This document shows, piece by piece, positions 1 to 12,854 of a stretch of 64,000 nt of DNA. The translations under genes were made by a program, and so were the position numbers. Origin of the DNA: Octopus vulgaris (lineage: Eukaryota); NCBI GenBank assembly GCA_951406725.2, contig OX597820.1:19406001-19470000 (forward strand). The letters run 5' to 3'. Positions within the stretch are counted from its first letter, which is position 1; each line of letters begins with the position of its first letter. A model generated the notes under the pieces. That model ran no database searches, was not told where the DNA came from, and saw nothing but the letters and a program-made list of their open reading frames with translations.

Positions 1-522
1 ATGATGGTGACGCTCGTTTACAGCTGTCGTGCAAAGTCAAGGCAAGGAGACAATAGAACACACACACACACACACACACACACACGATGCTAGTACTGTG
101 TTAAAAAGCACCCAGTACACTCGGTAAAGCAGTTGGTGTTAGGAAGGGCATCCAGCCATAGAAACCATGAGAAAGCAAACAAGCTTTGCATAGTCCTTTG
201 GCTAGTCCTTTTGGTAGATGGAAACTGAAAGAAGCCTGTCATATATATGCATATATATTATATATATATATATATATGCACATATTTATATGTATTTGTG
301 TGAATATATGTTTGCGTGTCTGTACTAGTCTTACAAAGAATAAGTCCTGGGGTTGATTTGCTCAACTAAAGGCAGAGTTCCAGCATGGCCACAGTCAAAT
401 GACTGAAACAAGTAAAAGAGTATATATACATACATGCATACATACATATATATATATACATATATTTATATACATATATTTGTGTACATATGTGTGTGAG
501 TGTGTGTGTGTGTGTGTATAAA

Positions 523-575
<53 letters not shown>

Positions 576-1016
576 CATATACATATTTACATAAACACAC
601 ATATATATATATATATATATTTTCCCTCCTTCCCTTGTAATATTGGTTTCACTTCATAACGAAACGAAAGCAGCAGCTTATTTACTTCTCCGCAATATGG
701 TTTACCTGGACAGCAACACCATACACTGGTATTTATGTTGCACATGTTTGAATCCGGTTGTTAGGGTACGAACAAATACTTGTGCAAACATCACTAGGGG
801 GAGTTTTGTTTTTTCCGTTTTTCGTTTTTTGCCATTGTCGTGGGCAAGATGGTGGAAATAAGGGTTGGTGCTGCAGTATCGGTAAATAGATTAGGGGTAT
901 TGTTTCTGAAATGATTTTGAAAAGTCAGTGTGGTTCTGTTTACACACTTTGGTTTATCATTAGTGTCCATTATTTGCTGGACGTTAGTCAGGTTGTCTTA
1001 GATTCATAATTTGTAT

Positions 1017-1432
1017 AGGCGTAGGAGTGGCTGTGCGGTAAGTAGTTTGCTTACCAACTACATGGTTCCGGGTTCAGTCCCACTGCGTGACACTTGGGCA
1101 AGTGTCTTCTACTATAGCCTCCAGCCGACCAAAGCCTTGTGAGTGGATTTAGTAGACGGAAACTGAAAGAAGCCCGTCATATATATGTATAAATATATGT
1201 ATGTCTGTGTGTATGTTTGTGTGTCTGTGTTTGTCCCCCCCAACATCGCTTGACAACCGATGCTGGTGTGGTTACATCTCCATAACTTAGCGGTTCGGCA
1301 AAAGAGACCAATAGAATAAATACTAGGCTTACAAACAATAAGTCCTGGGGGCAATTTGCTCGACTAAAGGCAGTGCTCCAACTTGGCCACAGTCAAATGA
1401 CTGAGACAGGTAATAAAAAGAATAAAAAGAAT
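1017..1432 (+). mobile_element. tRNA-derived SINE, family A, full length
   Basis: Head with pol III A-box-like TGGCTGTGCGG and B-box-like GGTTCAGTCC, internal TA/TG microsatellite, 3' end GACTGARACARGTAA(AAGA)n; many near-identical copies elsewhere in the window. Confidence 0.9.
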
Positions 1433-1671
1433 ATGCAGTGTTTGTGTGTGTGTGTGGAATCAGTGTGACGAAGTGGATATCATCATCATCACCACCATCA
1501 TTTAACGTGTTTTCCATGTGTTTGTCCCCACATCACTGCTTGATAACCAGTGTTGGTGTGTTTATGTCCCCGTAATTTAGCGATTCAGTAAAAGAAGCTG
1601 AGAGAACAAATACCAGGTTTAGCAAAAATGCTCAGTGCTAAGGTGGATTCATTCGGCTAAAAATTCTTTAA

Positions 1672-1891
1672 CCCTTTAGCATTCAGATTATTCTGTAAAA
1701 TGTAAAGCTTATGTATTCACACCATGTAAAATTAATCTTGTATCATTTCATGGCTTTGAGATTTTAATGATGTGATTCTTTATTTTTAAAATGACACAAT
1801 AAGATAGCTATGAATGACCATATCTGACTAGTTTGAACATAAAATAAGTAGAATATTTTGGCCGGATATGGCCGGTTTAAACACTAAAGGG
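1672..1891. mobile_element. piggyBac-like MITE, family E
   Basis: TTAA|CCCTTTAG ... CTAAAGGG|TTAA termini (TTAA at 1668-1671 and 1892-1895); interrupts the 3' half of a family A SINE. Confidence 0.85.
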
Positions 1892-2253
1892 TTAATGTAG
1901 TGCCCCAGCATGGCCACAGTCTAATGACTGAAGCAAGTTAAATGTAAAAGATAAGATCGTAGTCTGTAACTACTGCTTGCTACCCTCCCTTTACAAAACG
2001 AAAGAAAACATTAAAAAGACAAAAAAATACAGAACATCGTAAAGTGGAATGGTCTAGCTTGGAATGCAGGAAGGGAGTAAACTTGAAAACCCAAGCTGTA
2101 GTCAGTACAAATAGTGGGGGCATGAAAAAAAAAAAAAAAGAAAAAAAAGGTGCAACGGGGATTTTTGGCAAACTGTCAAGGAAGCAGAATTTCTGGCATA
2201 CCAAATGCAATGGTGTAGATAACAGCATGAGAGTACTTCTGGAATGAAAACAC

Positions 2254-2322
2254 ATGTGCTGGTTTTGTTGGCAACACAAGGATTCTTTCTACATAATTGA
2301 AGACAATGTTCTGAGAATACAG
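2254..2322 (+). other. candidate ATG-led first exon (MCWFCWQHKDSFYIIEDNVLRIQ)
   Basis: ATG at 2254 open to a strong donor CAG|GTAAGA at phase 0; non-repetitive context; no homology recognised. Confidence 0.2.
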
Positions 2323-2665
2323 GTAAGAAGTTTTGTGTTGTTTGGTAGTGAAACATTGATGAAGAATGCGGAGGATCTACAGCAGAGAAAAGGAATTAGA
2401 ATTATTCGAGTCCTCTAGATGTACTGTTTGACTTTAGAAAGGGAGCATGGGGATTTGCATAAACCGTTTTGAGGATCTGGTATATGCAACCGAGGGAGTA
2501 ACAGTTTAGAATAAGCATTCTTCATTCTTTTCTTCTGTTCTTTTATTCTGCTATTCTTCTGTTCTTCTACTTGTTTCAGTAATTTGGTTGCTGCAGTGCT
2601 AGGGCACAGCCTTGAAGGATTTTAGTCGAACAAATCGATCCCAAGACTTATTTTTTAAGCCTTGT

Positions 2666-2899
2666 AAAAAACACCATCTGAGCGTGGCTGTTGCCAGTAC
2701 CATCTGACTGGCCCTCGTGCCGGTGGCACGTAAAAGCACCCACTACACTCTTGGAGTGGTTGGTGTTAGGAAGGGCATCCAGCTGTAGCTATTCTGCCAG
2801 ATCAGATTGGAGTCTGGTGCAGCCATCTGGTTTGCCAGTCCTCAGTCAAATCGTCCAACCCATGCTAGCATGGAAAGCAGACGTTAAACGATGATGATG
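2666..2899 (+). mobile_element. SINE family C (RTE-type 3' end, (GAT)n tail)
   Basis: GGAAGGGCATCCAGCTGTAG core and CCAACCCATGCTAGCATGGAAA..GACGTTAAACGATGATG end shared with about 10 other copies. Confidence 0.85.
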
Positions 2900-4121
2900 T
2901 TATATAGAATTAAGAGGTATAACAGTTTCTTGCACAGGTATAAAGTCTCGTGTTTTTTTTTGTTTTTTTTTTCTTTTTTGTTTTTTTTTAAGGAGTGAAG
3001 GTATAAGGTAAAATTAGGACTACCATTTCTTAAACTAAGAAGCTAAATTTCAGGCTCAGCTCACAATGAACTTTATTACTTTACTTAATACCTGTCTCAT
3101 TGCAGTTATGCAAATAGTATTCTACATTTGTCACCAGGAAAATGAGACTTGAGTGAATAATCAAACATTCCCTTGTCAAGTAAATGGCGTGAGATGAAAT
3201 TGCCACAAGCAGAGATTGAAATGGTACTACAGGATTTAGCATGTTTCATTTCTTTGCATTCTAGTATGGACTCGACTCTGTATTTTAGATGCAGAAAGAG
3301 TCCCCAAGTCCCCCCTTCCTCTCCTCCGTTACTGTTTCCTAGCTTTCACAAGTCACAAAGTCCAGCATGTTTCATTCTTCTGCGTCCTAGCATCGACTTA
3401 CCTACTTGTTTCTGTTGCAGAAAATGTCCTGAATTTTTCTCTCTTCTTGGTTATTTCGTTATTAAGTTTTTACAAGACACGAAGGTGTTATAATAAATAA
3501 TAAGGAAGAGCATAGAATTTGTGACATTTACACCTTTCAGCAGATTCAAGTGAGAATGGAAACTGTACCACCTTATTTTTTTCACTCAAAGTGTTATCTT
3601 TAACGCAATTACGTTTGTTCCTTAAACACAATAATACTCATTATAAATATATAGTACTATTTGTAGGCGCTAGTATCTTCAGATTTTACTAATTAACTAA
3701 ATAAATACTAGATCAAATATTTTTAAAATTTTGTCTTTTAAACTTCGTGTTAGCACACCTATTTTCATAGCGGCAGAAGTAGATTTAACTTCAGCCAGGC
3801 TGGCAGTCTCAGGTAAAAGAGAAAGGAATTCCTTTGTTGGTTTCTAATTGTTCTGCAAAGGAACGGACTCCTTTAAATTACATGAATGGGTTCCCATTAA
3901 GGCTGAGAGTGGGGTATCCATTCTTTTACTTGCTTCACTCATTGGACTGCAGCCATGCTGGGACACTGCCTTGAAGGGGTTTAGTGTAAGAAATCATCAA
4001 CCCCAGTATTTATGAGTTCGTGCGTTGAAGCATATTCTGTTGTGTCTGGGGAGTCATTCTCTTTTGGTGCCTGATTAAATTAACACACTCACCGGTAAAA
4101 TTTCCACTTATTTTTTTTCTA

Positions 4122-4179
4122 TTTTTCTCAAATTTCCGTTGCGTCTTGCAACATTTTCAATAGTCGTTATATATGTATA

Positions 4180-4212
<33 letters not shown>

Positions 4213-4602
4213 CATCATCATCATCATCGTCGTTTAACGTCCGTTCTCCATGCTAGCATGGGTTGGACGGTTCGACCGGGGTTCTGGGAAGCCAGAAGGC
4301 TGCACCAAGCTCCAGTCTAATCTGGCAATGTTTCTACAGCTGGATGCCCTTCCTAACGCCAACCACTCCGTGAGTTTAACTACACTCACGGAGTGGTTGG
4401 CGAGAGGCATCCAGCTGGAAACTTGCCAGTAGACTGGAGCTTGGTGCAGCCTCTGCTCCCAGAACCGTCGACGTCCAACCCATGCTAGCATGGAGAACGG
4501 ACGTAGACGATGATGATGATATATATATATATATATATATACATATATATACATATATAACGACTATTGAAAATGTTGCAAGACGACGAAATTTGAGAAA
4601 AT
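4122..4602. repeat. ~480 bp fold-back inverted duplication centred near 4379
   Basis: Left arm (flank + TA run + minus-strand family C SINE) is mirrored by the right arm, which carries many small deletions. Confidence 0.9.
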
Positions 4603-4649
4603 ATATATATATATATGTATATCTATATGTATATGTGTGTATATATATA

Positions 4650-4893
4650 TCATCATCATCATCGTTTAACATCCACTTTCCATGCTAGCATGGGTTAGAC
4701 GGTTCAACTGGGGTCTGGGGAGCCCGAAGGCTGCACCAGGCCAGTCAGATCTGGCAGTGTTTCTACAGCTGGATGCCCTTCCTAACGCCAACCACTCCGA
4801 GAGTGTAGTGGGTGATTTTATGTGCCACCGACACAGGTGCCAGACGAGGCTGGCGAATGGCCACGTTTGGATGGTGTTTTTTATGTGCCACCG
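4650..4893 (-). mobile_element. SINE family C
   Basis: Reverse complement of family C with (CAT)n at the left end. Confidence 0.85.
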
Positions 4894-4961
<68 letters not shown>

Positions 4962-4963
4962 TA

Positions 4964-5004
<41 letters not shown>

Positions 5005-5021
5005 ATCTATATGTATATGTG

Positions 5022-5090
<69 letters not shown>

Positions 5091-5175
5091 AGCGAGAGAG
5101 AGAGAGAGAAAGAGACACACACACACACAAAGATTGCTCTCTCACTCTCTCTCTCTCTCTCTCGTGTGTGTGTAT
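4894..5175. repeat. compound microsatellite (CA)/(TA)/(GA)/(CT)
   Basis: Directly visible dinucleotide runs. Confidence 0.95.
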
Positions 5176-5302
5176 AAATCTGGTACTTATAGTAGCAGAT
5201 ATTTTTTAGTTATTGTAACGGTCTCTATTACTGAACTGTTTAATTTTGGTGACATAAACAAACAAACACACACATATACACAAGATATATATATAGATAT
5301 AC

Positions 5303-5336
<34 letters not shown>

Positions 5337-5729
5337 GATGGGCTTCTCTCAGTTTCCTTCTACCATATCAACTCACAAGGCTTTGGTTGGCCCAAACCTG
5401 TCGTAGAAGACACTTGCACAAGATGTCACGCAGTGGGAGCGAACCCGAAACCTCGTGGTTGGGAAACACGACTTCTTTAACCCCACAGCCACGCCTGTGC
5501 CTTATTTTTATTTATTTATTTGCTTTTATCTTAACGTGTTTTGTCTCCTCCCCCCTCTCTCTCTCTCTCTGTCTCCTTTTCCTTTCTTTCTTCCTGCCTA
5601 TAGTATAGTGTTCTCTCTCTCTCTCTCATAACAGTAAAGAATGAGTCATTCATTTAGTTATTATCCTAGCAGACACCTTTATTTTTTTTTTTTTCCGAAA
5701 TCTTTTAAACAGGAGCTATTGAACTTTAC

Positions 5730-5770
5730 CTGAGTAAAGAGTTGTCTCCCTTGGATTATTCAGTCAAAAA
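5730..5770 (-). other. candidate 41-nt non-coding exon
   Basis: Minus strand TTTTTTTTATTTAG|...CTCAG|GTAAAG; stops in all three frames; adjacent to a CpG-rich patch at 5793-5886. Confidence 0.25.
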
Positions 5771-6349
5771 CTAAATAAAAAAAAATAACTATTCCGGGTG
5801 ACGGTTAACCAAACCGATCGATAATATTCGCGCGTGCGTGACCGTGTTTGCCTGCGTGCGTGCGTGCGTGCGTACCCGCGCGCGTCATGTCTTTATATCT
5901 ATTATTACTAATGTATCGTCGTCCCACTGGTAAACGTTATTGATATTGTGAAATAATATTAACAATGATAAAAGTTTTAAATGTAATTAAACTTCATAAG
6001 CATTGTGACTCAAGACTCGGATTGGTATTTATTCATGTTCGATCCCGAAGAAGATGAAAGGCGAAGTCGTCCCGGGCGGTATTTGAACCCAGAACGTAAA
6101 GAGCCGGAAGAAATTCTACTAGGTATTTTGTCCAACATACTAAATGATAATAATAGTAATAACAACAACAACAATAATACTTTCTACTTTATGTACAAGG
6201 GCTGTTTTTATGGGTGTGGGTGTGTGTGTAGAGGTGGGGGTTTGTCGATTACATTTGACCTCAGTATGCAACTGGTACTTTATTTCATCGTCCCCGAACG
6301 GATGAAAGGCAAAGCCCTACCTCGGTGGAATTTGAACTCAAACTCTGGA

Positions 6350-6350
<1 letters not shown>

Positions 6351-6401
<51 letters not shown>
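6351..6401. repeat. (AAT)n microsatellite
   Basis: About 17 perfect AAT units. Confidence 0.95.
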
Positions 6402-6667
6402 TTAGTTTCAAGTTTTAGCACAAGGCCAGCAAGTTCTGGGGTGGGGAGGAGTAAGACGATATCACCGATCCCGGTGATCGACCCTGAAAGGATGAAAAGC
6501 AAAATCGGCTACAGCAGAATTTGAACTCAGATCAGAAGTGGTGTCTATCTAAGGTCCTTGTTGTGACTTGACAAACAGTATAACCCCCCCTCCCCTGGTA
6601 GGCACGATATCTTCAATCAATAACCTTACCATACTGTATACTGTGCGACGTCTATAATAATAATTTG

Positions 6668-6975
6668 TGGAGGTACATGGCCTAGTGGTTAGAGCATTGA
6701 ACTCGTGGTCGAGGAATCGCAGGTTCGAATCTCAGAGTGGGTGATGTGTGTGTTTATGAGTGAAACACCTAAGCCCCATGTGGCTCTGGCAGAAGGTAAT
6801 GGCAAACTTGTTGACACTTTTGCCACAATTTTCTCTCACTCTTTCCTCCTGCATCTTGCAGCTTACCTGTGACGCACCGGTGTCCCGTCCAGATGGGAAA
6901 CATATACACCAAGGAAACCGGAAAACTGGCCCTATGAGCCAGGCATGACTCGAGAAGGAACAAACAAAACAATAA
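6668..6975 (+). mobile_element. tRNA-derived SINE (family D group, octopus OR-type head)
   Basis: TGGCCTAGTGG A-box and GGTTCGAATC B-box; head and middle shared with 36168-36553, tail shared with 14381-14621; ends in (CAAA)n. Confidence 0.8.
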
Positions 6976-6977
6976 TA

Positions 6978-7210
6978 ATTTATTTCTTTATTGCCCACAG
7001 GGGTCTAAACACAGAGGGGACAACAAGGACAGACATAGGTATTAAGTCAACTACATCAATTCCAGTGCGTTACTGGTACTTAATTTATCGACCCCGAAAG
7101 GATGAAAGGCAAAGTCGACCTTGGCAGAATTTGAACTCAGAACGCATTGGCAGACGAAATACAGCTATGCATTTCGCCCGGCATGCTAACGTTTCTGCCA
7201 GCTCACCGCC
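6978..7210 (-). mobile_element. tRNA-derived SINE, family B monomer
   Basis: Reverse complement of GGCGGTGAGCTGGCAGAAACGTTAGC...GAGTTCAAATTC...GCCTTTCATCCTTTCGGGGTCGAT...AGTACCAG. Confidence 0.85.
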
Positions 7211-7722
7211 AAGGCCTGAAATTTGAAGAGAGGGAACTAGTTGATTACATCGACCTCAGTATGTAACTGGGATTTATTTTATCAACCTCAAAAGGATGAA
7301 AGGTAAAAATCAACCAAGAAGAAAAAGAATGGTTCCTTTATTTACCACTAAGGGTTTGATGAAAAACAATAATTTTATTAATTGTCTTGTGTAACAAAAG
7401 TGTCAATACAATATATAAGTAATAAAATACATATTGAGCTGCTGTGGTGGTGGTGGAAGGAGAGGGGGGAAGTGAAGAAGGCTTCACATAAACAATGTAC
7501 CGTATAAGTGTGTGTATGTGTCTGTATGAGTGGTGGTGGGGGGCGTAGTCAAATTCAAAATCCCAGCTGGCAATATTCAGTGGATGTGAAATTTGAGTAC
7601 AAGAGTGTTGTGATGTCTTTGTAAATGTTAGAAAAAAAAAAAAGAAACGTGTGTGTGTGTGTGTGTGAAGAAAAATCATGGAATGAAAGAAAATGAAAAG
7701 TTGCACTTCATCGTCCCTGATT

Positions 7723-7755
<33 letters not shown>

Positions 7756-7847
7756 GTTTCTGTTTCTTAAATGTGGCTGGGAATAAGGATTAGAGGTAGA
7801 AAGAAGAAAGTGTATATGGGAGTATTACTGTTCTCTTCAAAACTTAC

Positions 7848-7898
7848 CTCCTGTATGTACCATAATTGGTAAGATGCCAGGCTCAGAGGCAGCTTCTT
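7848..7898 (-). other. candidate 51-nt internal exon
   Basis: Minus strand acceptor TTTCTCTCTCTCTCGCAG and donor GAG|GTAAGT; length divisible by 3; two open frames (KKLPLSLASYQLWYIQE or EAASEPGILPIMVHTG). Confidence 0.4.
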
Positions 7899-8149
7899 CT
7901 GCGAGAGAGAGAGAGAAAGTCAAAAGAGTGCGACAAGAGATTCAGACTCTAAGCCATGCAACTAAATTTATCTCAGCTAATGTGTTGTGTCAGTTATTTG
8001 AGATGAGACCGAAATATTGTATGTATCCCCTGTTTTTGCTTTTGCAGTCCCCAGCCTATGCAATAAGGTGCAGGTACTTATTAGAACTTCTAGAATTTGT
8101 GATAGTCCCTTTTCAGTTTTTATTATTCAACCCTAGTCATCCATCTCTA

Positions 8150-8670
8150 ATTTCTGAGTTCAAATTCCACCAAGGTCGACTTTACCTTTTATCCTTTTGG
8201 GGTTGATGTAATTGACTTAACAAAACTTTAGGCTTTGTGCCTATGGTTGGAAGGATTATTAAATTCCAATCGTCCATCTTTACATTCTGAGTTCAAATTC
8301 TGCTGAGGTCAATTTTGCTTTTCATCTTGTCAGGGTCAATAAAATAAGTACCAGTTGAATACTGGAGTCGATCTGATCAAACTAGTCCCCTATCCCCAAA
8401 TTTCAGGTCTTGTGATCATAGCAGAAAAGCTGATTGAACCCTAGTTGAAGGTGGTCAACTGGCAGAACTCTTAGCTTACCAAGCAAAACGCAGCATTTTG
8501 TCCGTGTTTACATTCAGAGTTCAAGTTCTGCCGAGATTGTCTTTGCCTTCCATCCTTTCGAAATTGATGAAGTAATTACCAGTTGAGCAGGTGGGGTGGT
8601 GGGTGGAGCAATGTAATTGACCACCCCTTCCTGTGAAATTGCAGGCCTTGTGCCTATAGTAGAAATGATT
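8150..8670 (+). mobile_element. array of three degraded family B SINE units
   Basis: Three successive GAGTTCAARTTC..CTTTGCCTTTCATC..TGTGCCTATAG-like units. Confidence 0.75.
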
Positions 8671-9432
8671 ACTAACCCCAGTTGCTATTGGTCAAACAAT
8701 CTACTGTTGACTGAAGTAGCATTTAAGATCATTGAAGTTTCTTGAACTTACCATAAAGGAATATGTAAACATCAAGTCTAGTTCTGGGGTTGATTCACTC
8801 AACTAAAATACTTCGAACCAGTGCCCCAGTATGGCCGCAGTCTTATGACTGGAACAAGTGAAAGATAAAATAGAATATAAACATTTTTTTTTGCTAGATG
8901 AAGACACAAAAACACTGCACTGCGCTCTACTGACTCTTTATTATTTCACTTTTGCCTAGATGTCAAATAATAGTTATCACATAGAAATGGATTTGAAATC
9001 AGAACCCGCAAGTTCATAACAAAGTCCTGCAAGAAATTTAGTCCAGTACTCTACTGTGTCTGCCATTCCATTGTTAGTAATAAGCATTAATTTTGAAAAG
9101 GAATAATACAAGGGATTACATTTCTTTCCCATAACTGTCTCTCAGATTTCGGAGTAGAATTAAAATTGGGTCAGAGTCACCATTTGTCAAGAATTTAGTG
9201 CCCCATCAACGAAATAATGGTGAAAAATCTTAAAATTTAGCAGACTGATTAACTTCACAGACAGTTTTTATTACATGAGTTACTTTCAACATTAAAATAG
9301 CCCTAATCTTTAGCTGAACTTCCCCAACAGCTGGTTTCCAGATCATCGCTGCTAAACCATTTTTGAATAGATATCCGTTCCACATTTAGTCTACTGGATA
9401 TATTGAGAACAAACCTCTTTTTTCGAAAGAAA

Positions 9433-9474
<42 letters not shown>

Positions 9475-9527
9475 GTAAATGTGTGTATATATCTATCTAT
9501 CTATCTATCTATCTTTCTATCTATCTA

Positions 9528-9568
<41 letters not shown>

Positions 9569-10097
9569 TTATTGTATAACATAACTCTTTTATGTACACT
9601 CCTTTATGTACACTGTTTTGTTCTACATCATTATGTTTAACCTTATAGTTTCTTATGTGGTGGTTTAATAAAGTATGTGATTGAGTATTATCTGGTAATT
9701 GATATTTGATTTCGATGTATTTCTCCATTTTCTTATTTTGTATTATGAATTTGTGGTAAATCACTTTACCTTTGCCCATATAATACAGTAAATGAAATAA
9801 TTGCATCGCAATTCTTAACATTTATGTATTAACTTTGTTGGGTACTTCACTGGCAGTATATTGGATATATGTTATCCCATGGAGGGTTGCATTTACAACC
9901 CCTATCTCAATTTGTATATATATATATATTTAAAGCTATTCTTTGTTACGATATGTTCATACACCCTTTTTTAAAATATCTTTTTAGGGGTTAATTTTCA
10001 TGATAGAAGGAGCTAACATATTAAAATATACATTGTATACTTTCCAGTGGAAGTGACATTTAATATGTCTAAAACTTCCAGACAAGTAGCCTCCAGC

Positions 10098-10129
<32 letters not shown>

Positions 10130-10607
10130 TTTTCATGTGATCTTGAGTCCTACCTCAGTCCGTAGCACCTTGGGTATATTCTGCTGCAGCCCTGGGTCAA
10201 CCAATACCTTGTGAGGAGAAATGTCATATGGAAGCCCAGCATACATACATATATATATGTGTGTGTGTGTATGTGTTTATATATATATGTTTAAGTGCGT
10301 TTGGGCATTCCGTGTCTTCAAGTAAAGCAGTTTGAGCAGGAAAAATGGTAATGTTATGTTGTCATTCCCTGTTGACAAATTACCCTGTAGCCCTGCACTT
10401 TCTAAGATGAGAGGAATAAAATAATAAAAAAAGAAAGAGCTAGCAACAAAAAAAGGCCATATTGTTTTGTATGTACATATATATGTATACTAAGATTTAT
10501 ATATATATATATATAATTGTAATATGTGTGTGCGTATATAATAATTGTAATATGTGTCTGTGTGTGTGTATATATTTATATATGTGTATATTGTGTGTGT
10601 GTGTGTG

Positions 10608-10646
<39 letters not shown>

Positions 10647-10894
10647 TATATTTATATATATATTATATTTATATATATAATATTTATATATATATATATA
10701 TATTATATATATATATAATATATAATATATTTATATATATAATATATTATATATATATAATATATAATATATTTATATATATAATATATTATATATATAT
10801 AATATATAATATATTTATATATATAATATATTATATATATATAATATATAATATATTTATATATATAATATATTATATATATATAATATATTAT

Positions 10895-10895
<1 letters not shown>
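10608..10895. repeat. 288-nt pure A/T tract containing a ~42-bp minisatellite
   Basis: No G or C between 10608 and 10895; a 14-aa periodicity in the minus-strand ORF track reflects the 42-nt unit. Confidence 0.9.
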
Positions 10896-10925
<30 letters not shown>

Positions 10926-11799
10926 CATATATTGTATGTATATATATATATGTGTATATATATTGCTTAAAGGCACATGTAAATTATTATTTCTAGTCCT
11001 GCTTTTATTGTTATTGCTATATTTGTGTTTCGGTGAGGATGGATGTTCTTTCAGATAGATGGCTCCGATGAAAATGGATTATTATCTAGTTTTACTGGGT
11101 GAAAATTTTCCTTTTTTGGTAATATTTTTGCAAACAGAGGCCTTTGGAACATTTGGATGCCTCCCCTCAATACATGGGGCAGACAAAATGTCTACCTATA
11201 ATTTTTTTCTTTTTTTTCTTCTTTTTTTCGAAAATAAAAAATCACTTCGGGTTTTCACAATCTATTCAAAATTCGCAATTTCTTTCCCTACCAGGGGGTT
11301 GGAAGAGAAAGGAGACTAACACCATTTCCACTCTTTCCCCCAAAAGAAAATGAAATATTTCCGGAATAGATGAGGATGAAAACCGAAGTGTATGAAGCAT
11401 GAAGCTGTAATTTGTGCAGAGTCAGTTTTATATAAATAATTACATATAGAGGCAGTGCTCCAGCATGGCCCTGGCCTTTGACTGAAACCAGTAAAAAAAT
11501 AAAATATGTATATAAGTGCAAGCATGGCAGTGTGGGTAAGAAGCTTGCTTCCAAATCTCATAGTTCTTCTGGGTTCAGTCTCACTGCGTGGCTCCTTGGG
11601 CAAGTGTCTTCTACAATAGCTTCAGGCAGACCAAAACCTTGTGATTGGATTCGGTAGATAGAAACTGGAAGAAGGCCCATCATGTATGTGTGTGTCTGTG
11701 TGTCAGTTCTCTGACTGGCCAGTCCCTGTCAAACTGTCCAACACCATCCCAGCATGGAAAATGGATATTAAATGGTGATGATGATGATGATGATGATGA

Positions 11800-12188
11800 T
11801 TAATCCTTTCTACTATAGGCATAAGGCCTGGATTTCACAGGGAGGGGGGACAGTTGATCATATTGGCCCCAGTAAGCAACTGGTACATGATTTATTGAAC
11901 CTGGAAGGATGAAAGTTAAAGTTAACCTCAGCTGAATTTGAACTCAAAGCATTTCGTTTGGCATGCTAACGATTCTTTTCTACTCTAGGCACAAGGCCCA
12001 AAATTTTCGGGAGGTGGGAGGCAGTTGATTAGATCAACCCCAGTATGCAACTGGTACTTGATTTATCAACTCCAAAAAGATGAAAGGCAAAGTTGAAATT
12101 GGCAGAATTTGAACTCAGAACATAAAGACATGAAATATCGGTAAGCATTTCACCCACTGTGCTAACGATTCTACCAGCTCACCGCCTT
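11800..12188 (-). mobile_element. family B SINE dimer inserted in a (GAT)n tail
   Basis: Two minus-strand B units flanked on both sides by (GAT)nTAAT. Confidence 0.75.
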
Positions 12189-12854
12189 GATGATGATGAT
12201 GATGATTAATGAAGGAGCCAAATGATAAATGAAATAAGTGGACCTTAAATTTGTCTACATAAAACCACTACTGTGAATTACTTCAATTTCCATCCGCTAA
12301 ATCCTCTGACAAGGACTATGTTCAACCCAGAGCTGCAGTATCAAACATCCAAAGTGCCACGAAGGGCAACTGAACCTAAATACTATGTGATTAGGGGAAG
12401 AAGACTTCCTGGCACACAAACCCTTACTACACAGGCCCATGTAGAGCAATTACTTATCAAAGTTTGTGATATGAAAATCTCATTTCAGCAATGGCAGCCA
12501 TATTGTGTTGAAAGCTGTGCTAGATGTATTGATTAGGATTTCAGTGTATGTGCTATATATATATTATATTATATTCTTTTGAAAACTTATCCATCCTAGA
12601 CTTGTAATTGTTACAGATACAATAAGAATAAAATATTGATCTAGACTTTAATAGAAATATAAATTTAAAAAAAGAACGAGACAGTTTAGTGAAACAAAAT
12701 GAATAATTTCTGTAAAGTTTAAGGTAGGTATACTTTGTTGATGTAATATATATATATTCTGTCGTTTGAGATAAATTGCATTGTTAATGTTTATCGTTAT
12801 TTAATGAACTAAAATGCTGTATCTATTATCCTTATGGTGTATTCATGTGTGTGA

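Noticed and set aside
1036-1044. Strong splice donor CG|GTAAGT
   Set aside because: Part of the family A SINE head and present in many copies, so not evidence of an exon
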